NCBI GenBank assembly: GCA_963704705.1
Contig: OY969931.1
Coordinates: forward strand, 570,001 to 602,000
DNA: 32,000 bases
Reading direction: 5' to 3'
Source of the DNA: an uncultured bacterium
GTDB taxonomy: Bacteria > Patescibacteriota > Gracilibacteria > UBA1369 > PNNO01
Below are positions 1 to 9,283 of this stretch, piece after piece; position 1 is the stretch's first letter; the number at the start of each line of letters is the position of its first letter. The notes beneath the pieces were generated by a model that was not told where the DNA came from, did no database searches, and was given only the letters and a program-made list of their open reading frames with translations. A program made the position numbers and the translations under genes.

Positions 1-1
1 T

Positions 2-85
2 ATCCAATATGATCAGGATCGTGATGTTGAAACAATGACAACTTATACCGGACCTGTAACTGAAACTTACGACAGGCAAAGCTAA
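2..85 (+). CDS. C-terminal fragment of a truncated protein (...IQYDQDRDVETMTTYTGPVTETYDRQS*)
   Basis: Open frame 2 from the window edge to TAA at 83-85; too short for the ORF track. Confidence 0.45.
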   Translation: MQYDQDRDVETMTTYTGPVTETYDRQS

Positions 86-95
86 TTAAAATCTA

Positions 96-605
96 TTATC
101 TTGATTGTTTTCTGTGTGGAAGTACTTTATTTAGTACGCAATTTTGTAAATCTTTTTCGCAATTTCTCACCTTAACAACACTATCCCTTACTTCGCCAGT
201 TAAGTGAAAAGGAAACATCTTACTCATAAAGCTATTTTTTGGAGCAGGAATTTTACCCTGAGCAACACTTGCACATTCATGCCGTGTTTCTTCACATATA
301 GAAAGTGCGGTTTGCGCATCAGGATTATTAAGTATTCGTGGTAAAGGAGCGCTAACATATTCAACAAGAGTGGGTATTTTATTTTGTTTTGGTTTTTCAA
401 CAGTATTAAAGTTGCTCTTTATTATGCCACCGGTATTTTGTCTTGTTTCAGCTATTTTGTGTTCAACTTCAGCAATTAAACGCCCTCTATTTGAATATGC
501 TGTGCTTGCTGTCATTAAGCCCAAAGCTGTTAAAGCTGATATTACAACAGCCGGTCCTATTGCTTTTTCTTTTAGATCAGATAATTTATCTTTGAAATTT
601 TCCAT
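96..605 (-). CDS. Hypothetical protein, 169 aa, with an N-terminal hydrophobic segment
   Basis: Complete ORF with hydrophobic stretch IGPAVVISALTALGLMTAS. No recognised family. Confidence 0.7.
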   Translation of the reverse strand: MENFKDKLSDLKEKAIGPAVVISALTALGLMTASTAYSNRGRLIAEVEHKIAETRQNTGGIIKSNFNTVEKPKQNKIPTLVEYVSAPLPRILNNPDAQTALSICEETRHECASVAQGKIPAPKNSFMSKMFPFHLTGEVRDSVVKVRNCEKDLQNCVLNKVLPHRKQSR

Positions 606-728
606 AATTAATAAGTTACGAGATTATATTATAAGCATTAATCGTATCTTTGTCAACAAATGCAGGTAGTAGCATTGCCAAGCATGCATATTCATGGTAT
701 AATTTAAACATATTCATAAAACAAAAAT

Positions 729-1004
729 ATGCACAAAACAAAAACATTGCAATTCAATTATAAAGTATTATTGATTGCAGCAAGTATCCTTATTTTACTT
801 GCACTTGCTTTTTGGGGATATGCCCAAAACAGGGACCAATTGCATAATGCCCCTTTGAGTCAATTATCAAAATTAGAAAACATTAAAGATGGTCCTAGAT
901 TTGTACCACCAAATGAACCAGTTGAAAATATTAATAATAAAGTTAGAACTCTAGAACCAATAAAAATTGATGAAAAGGTGCAGTATAGTATCAAATCAAG
1001 GTAA
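729..1004 (+). CDS. Small membrane protein, 91 aa, unknown function
   Basis: N-terminal TM segment VLLIAASILILLALAFWGYA. Directly upstream of and tightly spaced with the next ORF. Confidence 0.65.
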   Translation: MHKTKTLQFNYKVLLIAASILILLALAFWGYAQNRDQLHNAPLSQLSKLENIKDGPRFVPPNEPVENINNKVRTLEPIKIDEKVQYSIKSR

Positions 1005-1006
1005 TT

Positions 1007-2149
1007 ATGCTGAATAAATTGAAAAGGCTTCTATTTTTGAGCCTTATCATAATAACACCGTTCTTATTCAATCCATTTAACGGCGATATTGAGCTAATAA
1101 AGGTAATATTTTTATGTTCAATGATATTTGTTTTGCTTCTTTATGCAATATTTTTCATACAAAAGAGACTGAAATTTAATAAAAAAGGGAAAATAATTGT
1201 ATTTTCAATTCTGGGATTTATTTTATTTGCTTTAATATCAACATTTTCAAATGATTTTCTTACTTCAATTTATGGTCAATACGGACGTTATTTTGGGTTC
1301 TTGCCATGGTTTAGTTGTATTATGCTGGCATTTGTTGCACCTTTTTATATAGAAGGCAAGAATTTTCTTGAAAAGCTTATAAAAGTGCTAATCTGGGTTG
1401 GTTTTGTTAGTGCTTTAAGTGCAATATTGCTTTCTTTTTTGGATATAGGAGCTGTTTTCGAAGGAAGATTGTCAGGATTTACCGGGAATCCAAATGTATT
1501 GGGTAAATTGTTGCTGATTACGATTATTTTGAATTTTATATATCTCGCCCATTTAAAAAAAGACACTAAATGGCTATATATAATAACTTTGATAATTCAA
1601 TTGGGCGTATTTATAATGACTGGAAATAGGGGAGCATGGCTTGCACTAGGTATTATTTTATTGATTCTATTACTTCGAAATCCTAAAAAATATATTAGAT
1701 ATGCCACAATCGGGTTAATTAGCGCAGTTCCATTTGTTTTAGTAATTTTTACCCGAATAATTGATACGATATCTATTTCCACAAGACTCGAAATCTACGA
1801 AAAAGCCATATCAAAGCTTTTTGAAGGGGGGTTGTTCGGATATGGATTTGATTTTGACCCTAATATGTTGATTCCAAATGAAACGTATACTTATAGTGTT
1901 GATAGGGCCCATCAGTTATTTTTGGATGTTGGTTTGAATGTTGGAATTCCCGGATTAATATTTTTTATAATTTTTAGTGTTTACGCGATTTATATTTTAT
2001 TAAAGGGAAAAAACCAATACTATAATGCATTTGGATTTGCCCTGTTAGCTTTATTTATATCCCTTCAATTCAGTTATTTTACTTCAATATCACTTCTGCT
2101 GTATTTTTTATGTATCGGTATTGCCCTTAAAACTGGTGTGAGTGATTAG
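1007..2149 (+). CDS. Polytopic membrane protein, O-antigen ligase/polymerase (WaaL/Wzy)-like
   Basis: About 10 hydrophobic segments, a GRLSGFTGNPNVLG motif and the large soluble loop typical of the O-antigen ligase family. Confidence 0.75.
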   Translation: MLNKLKRLLFLSLIIITPFLFNPFNGDIELIKVIFLCSMIFVLLLYAIFFIQKRLKFNKKGKIIVFSILGFILFALISTFSNDFLTSIYGQYGRYFGFLPWFSCIMLAFVAPFYIEGKNFLEKLIKVLIWVGFVSALSAILLSFLDIGAVFEGRLSGFTGNPNVLGKLLLITIILNFIYLAHLKKDTKWLYIITLIIQLGVFIMTGNRGAWLALGIILLILLLRNPKKYIRYATIGLISAVPFVLVIFTRIIDTISISTRLEIYEKAISKLFEGGLFGYGFDFDPNMLIPNETYTYSVDRAHQLFLDVGLNVGIPGLIFFIIFSVYAIYILLKGKNQYYNAFGFALLALFISLQFSYFTSISLLLYFLCIGIALKTGVSD

Positions 2150-2195
2150 CCTTTATTCAACCAATTATGACATTTTTAAAAAAGCCCTAATATTT

Positions 2196-3797
2196 TTATT
2201 CGAATCGAAAACTATTACCCATATCTTCATCAAAAGTATTTGTCCCATCAAAGAATGTTACATCTTGTCCAACATCCCAATGTACTGCTTTTTCTTTTGA
2301 GGGGGAATAATAGGTATATGCCACCCAATTTATAAAACAGCCTACCCCGGCATCACCATAATTTAATACAGGAATGAAGACCCCGTCCTCTTCAGCAGGT
2401 TGAAGGCTTACCACAGTGCATTCTGGAAGATAAACGTCTTTGATAAACTGGTCAAGTTCAGAATTGTTTTGAATTTGGCTAAATACAATTTTCCATGCAG
2501 GACTTCGATTTTCATCTAACTGTAACAAAGAAAGCGAATTTGTAACTTCTTCGCATTGAGTATTATACGTTTCTTCAGTTGAGATATAGACGGCATTATT
2601 CGCGCTATCTGTGAATACTTTGACAGGTGAAGTAGTGGTGTTATTCTGATCCGCAAAACATCCTGCTGAATTTGTAACAACTTTTGGGATTTTAATTGAA
2701 AAACCAAAGTCGTTGTTTGTATATAAGTTCCAAGTAGAATCGACTGATGTCATTGTTTCATTAGAAACATTAGGAACTCTAAAAGTCAATAACATCCTAT
2801 TAATTAAAAACATAGCTTCGGTTGAAGGTTCTCCTGCTCCAAGTGTATAACCTTCGGCAAGTTCATAACATTGGCCAGCAAGTGGGCCTTCGCATTGCAT
2901 CATTGGTAAATTTATTGCCAATATTTCATCATTTGGTCCTTTCATTTGAATTGTTGGATAGTCTGAAACAGCGCCTCCCGGAGTTTCATAATACATATCG
3001 CTGGTTACTTCCCATCCGTCAGTCATCATGAATGAAACACCTGAAGTAGGACTAACATAAAAATTAAGTGGTTCTGGAGTATCGCCTTCTTCATATACAG
3101 TTAACGAATTATCTTTAATTGTTTTCATTCTATAAAGCATTTCTGCAACTTCTTTTCGGGTCATAGATCCTGCTGGATCATAATATCTATCTACTCCTGC
3201 AGAACTGTCAGGATTTGCATTTTCAACAACATGACCTGTTCCAACTAAGTTACGAAGCCATACATATGTAAAGTAATCTCCGTACCACTGATTATAATCA
3301 ATATCAAGCACACTATTTAATTTTATTGTTGCACCTGCATACATACCATCATTTGGAAGTGTTCCGTTATTAAATTCAAGTGAGGCCATTTTAATTGCTT
3401 CAACCCTATTAACACATTGACTAGGTTTAAATGTTCCGTCCGGATAACCTACTACTGTCCCATCCTGAAGCGCTTTATTTACATAAGGCCAATACCACTC
3501 AGAAGTTGAAGTGTCACTGAAATAATTGTCATAATAATTAGAACCAGCAGCGGAATCAGTTGTTATGATGTCTTTTTTTGAAGTAAGATACATCATTTTA
3601 AGAAATTCAGCCCTGTTTACACACTGATCAGGCTTAAAAGTCCCATCAGGATATCCCTGAATCACACCATTATCCGACATCCATGTTATTGCCGTTTCAT
3701 AATCTGTTGTTTGGTCAACATCAGAAAATGCTGCATTTGCTACCTGGCTCATTAATAATGTTAATATTAAGCCAGGAATCAGAATGAGTTTTTTCAT
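2196..3797 (-). CDS. Secreted S-layer homology (SLH) domain protein, 533 aa
   Basis: Signal peptide MKKLILIPGLILTLLMSQVANA and two to three SLH repeats (FSDV...GYPDGTFKPDQCVNRAEFLKMM; GYPDGTFKPSQCVNRVEAIKMA; SMTRKEVAEMLYRM). Confidence 0.9.
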   Translation of the reverse strand: MKKLILIPGLILTLLMSQVANAAFSDVDQTTDYETAITWMSDNGVIQGYPDGTFKPDQCVNRAEFLKMMYLTSKKDIITTDSAAGSNYYDNYFSDTSTSEWYWPYVNKALQDGTVVGYPDGTFKPSQCVNRVEAIKMASLEFNNGTLPNDGMYAGATIKLNSVLDIDYNQWYGDYFTYVWLRNLVGTGHVVENANPDSSAGVDRYYDPAGSMTRKEVAEMLYRMKTIKDNSLTVYEEGDTPEPLNFYVSPTSGVSFMMTDGWEVTSDMYYETPGGAVSDYPTIQMKGPNDEILAINLPMMQCEGPLAGQCYELAEGYTLGAGEPSTEAMFLINRMLLTFRVPNVSNETMTSVDSTWNLYTNNDFGFSIKIPKVVTNSAGCFADQNNTTTSPVKVFTDSANNAVYISTEETYNTQCEEVTNSLSLLQLDENRSPAWKIVFSQIQNNSELDQFIKDVYLPECTVVSLQPAEEDGVFIPVLNYGDAGVGCFINWVAYTYYSPSKEKAVHWDVGQDVTFFDGTNTFDEDMGNSFRFE

Positions 3798-4092
3798 ATT
3801 TTAAGGTTAGTTATTAAAACCAAGGTATACAATAACACATTTTGTAATAAAAGTTGCGGTTTAATTGTAAAAAGTTCGAACAACGAACCATCAGTATATT
3901 TCAAAAATTTTTGCTCGAACCGATTTAAGCCCTTCAAATAAACCAAAACAGCGCCCAAAATTTCTGGGGTGCGTTACTTAACGCGTTCCGAACTCAGCAT
4001 TTTGAAGCTGTAATGAGTTTTAATAAACAGATATCACAGCTGAAAGAGGTATTAGCTCAACATTGTTTTTAATTTATCGTTAATTTTACATT

Positions 4093-4338
4093 ATGAAAAC
4101 ACCAAAAAGTAAAGTATTCAGAACTATCGAAGAATTAGATATGTATTTGCAAAATAATGAAAGGGCGAATGGATATTTGTCTTTAGAAGTTACATCGCAA
4201 GTATTAGGTGGAAGAATGCTTTGTAGCTTATTAAATTCCAAAAGAATACATCCAGTTGAAGTAGTAAACGAATATGGTAGAAAAGAAGCTGTTTTCAGGA
4301 ATAGCGAAGTAAAAAATATTGCTTTAAAAATGTTTTAA
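4093..4338 (+). CDS. Small protein, 81 aa, unknown function (possibly DNA-binding/accessory)
   Basis: Complete ORF MKTPKSKVFRTIEELDMYLQNN...; first gene inside the candidate element. Confidence 0.6.
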   Translation: MKTPKSKVFRTIEELDMYLQNNERANGYLSLEVTSQVLGGRMLCSLLNSKRIHPVEVVNEYGRKEAVFRNSEVKNIALKMF

Positions 4339-4460
4339 TTTTTCGTCGAGCGCTTGCGCGAGACAAGTTTGCAGGAAGCTGATTTTAGTTTGAAGTTGGG
4401 GCTTTTGTTGGGATTAAGTAATTATATTGTAGATTAAGTTCTTTTCACATATACTTAATT

Positions 4461-4595
4461 TGCGCAACATAGGCTATAGACACGAAGTTTTCGCCGTTCA
4501 TCCATCCACAATTGTGGTAGAGATGGGCGGCCAGAACTTCACAATTGGGAACTTCGTGTTCTCGGTCTGTGTTGCGCACTGGCCGTCCTTTTTTA
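4461..4595 (+). promoter_or_regulatory. Structured RNA-like element / possible attenuator upstream of the lipoprotein gene
   Basis: Long hairpin: tgcgcaaca (4461-4469) pairs with tgttgcgca (4570-4578), and acacgaagtt (4480-4489) pairs with aacttcgtgt (4550-4559), with symmetric 10-nt intervals that also partly pair. Internal perfect palindrome ccacaattgtgg (4506-4517). Alternative stem gggcggccag (4525-4534) / ctggccgtcc (4579-4588), followed by a T run. Confidence 0.55.
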
Positions 4596-4614
4596 TTTTG
4601 TAACCAATGTAATT

Positions 4615-5361
4615 ATGAAAAGACTGCTTACAATGTTAATTTTGCTTGTATTAGTACTATTTACTGGCTGCGGCAACGAGATATCTGAAACAGCCGATAA
4701 TACTAGTGAATTACCAAAAGCTCAAAAAGAAACAAAAAAAGACGATTTTACTTTCACTAATAAAATTCCGGCAGAGGGATTAACTGAAAAACTGGATACT
4801 TTGGATACCAAAGAAATACACACTGGTACCAGCTTTGCGATTATGGTGTACCCTTTTGACATTGTTTCTGCTTTTATGTCTAATCTACCAGATTATTATA
4901 ATAAACGTTATTCAGACGCGAAGATCGCACAAAAATATAAAAGTCTGAAACAAGAGCCATATATTCGTAATAAAATTTCTTTTGTAGTAGGATTGGCGCA
5001 TATAGGAGGTTATAACGATTCGAGCAGTATTTCTATTGATAATAACTTTTATGAGTATTTTTTCTTAGAAAATGAAAATGGCGAATACGTTCAGGCATAT
5101 TCTCAGGAATTTGTAGAGTTTAACAGCATGATGCCTGAAATAGACTGGCTAAACCCGAATTTAGTGGTATATGTTTCATTTCCAGAAGACGAAGTAGAAC
5201 AACTAATGCAAGAAGCATCTAAGCTCTATATAACTTTCGACGGTTTGGATATTTTGCCAGAAAACCGCATTGAATTGAGGTATCCTTTTATTAATTACTA
5301 TTTAGAGGCTTTTCCAGAGTTGGAAAGCATGGTTGAAGAAATGGAAGCCTATAAGCCTTAA
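4615..5361 (+). CDS. Predicted lipoprotein, 248 aa, unknown function
   Basis: Signal peptide with lipobox: MKRLLTMLILLVLVLFTGCGNE. Confidence 0.75.
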   Translation: MKRLLTMLILLVLVLFTGCGNEISETADNTSELPKAQKETKKDDFTFTNKIPAEGLTEKLDTLDTKEIHTGTSFAIMVYPFDIVSAFMSNLPDYYNKRYSDAKIAQKYKSLKQEPYIRNKISFVVGLAHIGGYNDSSSISIDNNFYEYFFLENENGEYVQAYSQEFVEFNSMMPEIDWLNPNLVVYVSFPEDEVEQLMQEASKLYITFDGLDILPENRIELRYPFINYYLEAFPELESMVEEMEAYKP

Positions 5362-5364
5362 TTG

Positions 5365-6252
5365 TTAACTTGGAAAAAAAGATTGAATCCAGCTCCAGAT
5401 ACTCGTTAGATTCGTCCATGCTAGTGAGTAATCTATTGCTAACAGTGATATTATAACTATTATTCCAGCTATAATTTTATGTTTCCATGCAGATTTAAGT
5501 ATTTTGAAAATTAGTAATATAAGCTGCCAGAGCCACCAAAATGGATTGATCCAATTCCATGTGTTTTGAGGAATACGGAATGGTTGGGTCTTTTTTATTT
5601 CAAGTTGCCTAGTGAATTTATCTATTAGTTTTATAAAACGTTTGATTGAATCACACGTGTCAATGACACTTTGTCCTACTCCTAAATAATAAATGTGAGC
5701 TGGGGTACAACTCCCTTGCATTAATGCTTCTTGGTCACGGCTAACTAATGTGGTAGGAATCATGTTTTCTATAAAATGATCTCTTCCTTTTCCGAATTTA
5801 AATTCTTCTATATTTGAGCGTAATTCTTTTTCAGCACCCATGCCATCTAAATTTAATGATGAAAGCATGATACTTATTTCATGCAATGATTCTTCAGCTT
5901 TTTCTCTAATTGCAGCTTCTTCTTTTTCTAAGTTATCTATGGAAAAATTAGTTGAAATATTACTTTCGATTTTGCTTTTAACTTCTTCAGCATCCTTTTC
6001 CTCCCAACCATCTGGAATTCCATTGATTCCTCCCCATTGACCACTGAATTTTTCTTCATGTTTTGGGATGTCGAAATTTTTGAAATAGAGTAGTCCATGA
6101 TATCCAACGAATGATTGGCTCCAAGATTTACCAACTTTATTACAGGATTCAATGAGTTCATTGCTCTTCTCTTTTAGTACTGTACATGATTGAGAACAAT
6201 CTTTTTTCAGTTCTTCTGCGACTTTTTTGATTTGTTCTAATTTTTTTTTCAT
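5365..6252 (-). CDS. Coiled-coil protein with C-terminal transmembrane segments, 295 aa, unknown function
   Basis: Charged N-terminal helices; C-terminal hydrophobic stretches WWLWQLILLIFKILK and IIAGIIVIISLLAIDY. Confidence 0.65.
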   Translation of the reverse strand: MKKKLEQIKKVAEELKKDCSQSCTVLKEKSNELIESCNKVGKSWSQSFVGYHGLLYFKNFDIPKHEEKFSGQWGGINGIPDGWEEKDAEEVKSKIESNISTNFSIDNLEKEEAAIREKAEESLHEISIMLSSLNLDGMGAEKELRSNIEEFKFGKGRDHFIENMIPTTLVSRDQEALMQGSCTPAHIYYLGVGQSVIDTCDSIKRFIKLIDKFTRQLEIKKTQPFRIPQNTWNWINPFWWLWQLILLIFKILKSAWKHKIIAGIIVIISLLAIDYSLAWTNLTSIWSWIQSFFPS

Positions 6253-6288
6253 ATGTTTAGTTGTAGATGTGTATACTAACTACCGCAA

Positions 6289-7389
6289 TTATGCATAGAC
6301 CGACTCCCTTTTAAAACTGTAAGCTCTGCCCGTAATATATCGTAATATCAGAAATGGAAAAACAATATGATTATTTTCTAAAAATCGTCTTACCATTATA
6401 AACAACTCTGGATCAGACATTTCAAGCTCCAGCCAGCCACTAGGTGTATATCTTGCAATTGAACCAAGAAGAAAAACTAAATAAAACCTAATTTCAACAT
6501 CTCTTTGTTTTGGCACATTTGTTGCACCAAAGCCAAGTGCATATTGTGTGCCATAAATATCCTCAGTAGTGCTAATTATTTCATCACAAAGTGGTTTGTC
6601 TTCTGCAGAAAAGTCTGTAAATTTATTATTGCAGGCGGCAACAGTATAAAAATTATTTTTTTCAGGAAAAATTTCATCCATACGCTTATAAATGTCTTCA
6701 AATCCTGGGATTGTAGATACATCTTTTATTGGATTACAATAATGATAATGTCCTGATTTTGTATGTGCTCCAGTGGATGAAAAGCCTGTTATACATCTAA
6801 ATACATGTGGTGCTTTTTTGAGTATGCTGTAGCATTCTTTTCTTAATTCTGGCAGAAAGCGCAAGTATTCTTTTAATGGAGGTAGCTCATCTGGAAGAGC
6901 TGTTGAGTAAAAAAGGCTATGCAAATCTTGAGATATCCCCCCTTTTCCATTTTTGCAATAAAAGTTTCTTAATTCCTCTGATTCTTGTTTCTTATAACCA
7001 TGATAATTTGTTGGAGTTATACCAAAAAATAACAGCATCGCTTTTATTAGTAGTTCACACACATACATGTGCGTAATAATCGTATTTTGTGGTGAAGTAT
7101 CAATACAGGTATAGTCGTAATTTCGTGCAGTTTTTATAATATTGATTATTTCTTGAGTGACTGATGCATTTCTGTTTTCTTTTTTAGAATAGTATTCTAT
7201 ATGGTCATATATCCAGCTTCTTAAATCTGGGACTGGATGTAACAGAACATTCCAGTTAGAATGACCTCCCGTGCCTTCAGGGCAATAACTGGGTTGTATT
7301 ACATATGGTGGTCTGTCTTCAGTTTTAAATTGTTGCAACTTATTTAAATTATTTATCAAGAACTTTAAAAGTCTCGTCAAGCAACTCAA
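6289..7389 (-). CDS. Uncharacterised protein, 366 aa, possibly YaaC/HEPN-like, coupled to the OLD-family gene
   Basis: Complete ORF overlapping the 3' end of the upstream ATPase gene by 41 bp. The C-terminal part (FYLVFLLGSIARYTPSGWLELEMSDPELF...FLENNHIVFPFLILRYITG) is reminiscent of YaaC-like proteins. This is a tentative family impression; the ORF call itself is firm. Confidence 0.6.
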   Translation of the reverse strand: MSCLTRLLKFLINNLNKLQQFKTEDRPPYVIQPSYCPEGTGGHSNWNVLLHPVPDLRSWIYDHIEYYSKKENRNASVTQEIINIIKTARNYDYTCIDTSPQNTIITHMYVCELLIKAMLLFFGITPTNYHGYKKQESEELRNFYCKNGKGGISQDLHSLFYSTALPDELPPLKEYLRFLPELRKECYSILKKAPHVFRCITGFSSTGAHTKSGHYHYCNPIKDVSTIPGFEDIYKRMDEIFPEKNNFYTVAACNNKFTDFSAEDKPLCDEIISTTEDIYGTQYALGFGATNVPKQRDVEIRFYLVFLLGSIARYTPSGWLELEMSDPELFIMVRRFLENNHIVFPFLILRYITGRAYSFKRESVYA

Positions 7390-9178
7390 ACAGCTTATTA
7401 ATGTTATCCATTGATTCTTGAGACAATTTGATGTTATCAGTTTCTACCGATTGTAAGAATAACCTCGCAAGCAGAACTTTATCCATCTTCTTTTGTTTCA
7501 CATATTCACTGTTTGAACCCGAATACTCTTTTTCTTCTTTTATAACAAATTTTTTAAAGTCTTCTGCAGAGAAAATATCCTCTATTGTTCCTTCTTTTTC
7601 TAATACAGACAGTATTAATTTTTTAGAAACCAGCCAAGTTTTTGTAAGGTTTTTCACTCCATCCTTTTTACCTTGGTCTTTATCATATAAATATACAACT
7701 TTACAGCCCCATCCATGAAGAACTGTGCCTACAAATGGCATATTCCCAGCACCACCGCCAAATATGAAATTTATGTCATTGTTGTTAACTAATTTTTTAA
7801 ATGCCTGTAAGTAAAAAATGTCAGATTGCCCTTCAACAACAACATTATTAAGCTTATCCAAATTAGTAATTCCAGAACTTAATTCTAGCCCTATAGCAGT
7901 CAGTATAGGTGTTAAAGTTTCTTTATCAGCTAAGGCATGTATTTTATTTATTATTTCTGTGCCTTTCTTTTTATGCCTTGTTATTAGCCTTATGCGATTA
8001 AGTTTGTCAGCTTCAAGAAGATATGGCGAATGTGTGGAAAATATAAGTTGTGCTTCTTTTGATGAATCTTCAAGCTTTTCCAATATATCTTTCTGTGCTT
8101 TAGCATGTAAAAATAAACCAGGTTCATCGATCAGGATAATATTTGGAAGCGATTCCTTTGCACGTGCCGTTATTTTTATATAAAACGCTAAATGCCATTG
8201 CCGACCTTTACTTCTTAAGCTTGGTTCATAAGGATAATTGTCTTCTTCAATCCAAAAAAGTAGGGAATCTGAATCCCAGTCAACACTAAGATTGGATACA
8301 TCTTGAGTCCAGAATTTTTTATAATCGTCATTTAAATTGATATTTATATCAGTTTTATGTTTATGCTTAGTCCTGTCCTCGCTGCTTTTAATAGTTTCGA
8401 TGTTCAGATCACTAATTACTGAAAGGTCTTGAACCCATTCATTATCCTCAAGTTCAGCAAACGGTACCTTATTTGGGAAAATGTCATCAAATGAATTAAA
8501 AAATATAAAATACGGAATGTATTTTTCTTTTAGAACTTCAATAAACTTGTCTTCAATATCTTTGAGATTGTTAAGTTTTTCAGCTTTATTTATCAAATTT
8601 TGTAAATAAGTCGAAAACTGAGTTCTTTCCTTCTCAACTTCAATTTGTTCAAGATTTGGATTGGTTGTATCCCTAAATGTTTCTAATTCGCTTTTAAAAG
8701 TATCAATTTTATCTGAAGCAGTAGGTAAATCACCGCCGAGCTGAGCATATTTTTGATGTATCTTGTGCAAATAATCAAGTAACTTCTTCATTTCTTTTTC
8801 AATTTCATCTTTATTAGTTAAATCCAGTCTTTTTCGTGATTCTTCAGCAATTTTATATTTGTCAGGATACTCCTTAATAATTTCGATTTCCATCGAATCT
8901 AAGCTCTTATTTAATTCTATTTTGTTCAAAATATCAGTAAGAGTAGATTTGCTGATTTCAAATGTTACTGAAATTGAAGGTTTATTATTAGTGTTTTTTA
9001 TTGGGATTGCCTCTTTTCGTATTGTTTTATCAGCATCAAAATCTTCCAAGGCTTCAAGTACTGATGTTTTTCCAGATTCATTTTTTCCAGCAAGAATTGT
9101 TATGTTATCTGTCAGGTAGCAGTCGCCACTATCTATAATGGATCTGAAGTTTTTAATTCTAAATTTAATTAACTTCAT
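7349..9178 (-). CDS. OLD-family ATP-dependent endonuclease (AAA/ABC-type ATPase plus C-terminal TOPRIM), 609 aa
   Basis: Walker A ILAGKNESGKTSVLEAL; Walker B NIILIDEPGLFLHA; H-switch region LIFSTHSPYLL; TOPRIM-like VVVEGQSDIFYLQAF and VVYLYDKDQGKKDG. Confidence 0.88.
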   Translation of the reverse strand: MKLIKFRIKNFRSIIDSGDCYLTDNITILAGKNESGKTSVLEALEDFDADKTIRKEAIPIKNTNNKPSISVTFEISKSTLTDILNKIELNKSLDSMEIEIIKEYPDKYKIAEESRKRLDLTNKDEIEKEMKKLLDYLHKIHQKYAQLGGDLPTASDKIDTFKSELETFRDTTNPNLEQIEVEKERTQFSTYLQNLINKAEKLNNLKDIEDKFIEVLKEKYIPYFIFFNSFDDIFPNKVPFAELEDNEWVQDLSVISDLNIETIKSSEDRTKHKHKTDININLNDDYKKFWTQDVSNLSVDWDSDSLLFWIEEDNYPYEPSLRSKGRQWHLAFYIKITARAKESLPNIILIDEPGLFLHAKAQKDILEKLEDSSKEAQLIFSTHSPYLLEADKLNRIRLITRHKKKGTEIINKIHALADKETLTPILTAIGLELSSGITNLDKLNNVVVEGQSDIFYLQAFKKLVNNNDINFIFGGGAGNMPFVGTVLHGWGCKVVYLYDKDQGKKDGVKNLTKTWLVSKKLILSVLEKEGTIEDIFSAEDFKKFVIKEEKEYSGSNSEYVKQKKMDKVLLARLFLQSVETDNIKLSQESMDNINKLFELLDETFKVLDK

Positions 9179-9283
9179 TACGTTTTTTGTTATTTACAAT
9201 TTTAGCTTGTGTATTATGCCTTTTTTTGTCTTTTTATTCAATAAATTGTATATTTGTAACGTTAAAAATGTAATGAATCCTGT

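Noticed and set aside
370-669. Antisense ORFs to called genes (370..669 +, 1345..1566 -, 1597..1782 -, 2822..3031 +, 5840..6040 +, 7428..7718 +, 7818..8183 +, 16547..16888 +, 23860..24069 +, 27260..27496 -)
   Set aside because: They lie opposite well-supported coding frames and have no recognisable protein features.
2139-2149. ggtgtgagtgat near the end of the O-antigen-ligase-like gene resembles ggggtgagtgat in tRNA-His (possible far-left att site)
   Set aside because: The match is short and lies in coding sequence. The 3961-3971 repeat is a better-placed candidate, though also unproven.
4461-4580. Resemblance of the hairpin with gcgcaac/gttgcgc ends to an integron attC site
   Set aside because: The ends do not fit the RYYYAAC/GTTRRRY consensus, there is no tandem cassette array, and no tyrosine IntI-like gene is visible.
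7349-9178. Calling the OLD-family gene a complete Gabija system
   Set aside because: No UvrD/GajB-like helicase motif is present in any adjacent ORF, so only the OLD-family architecture is supported.
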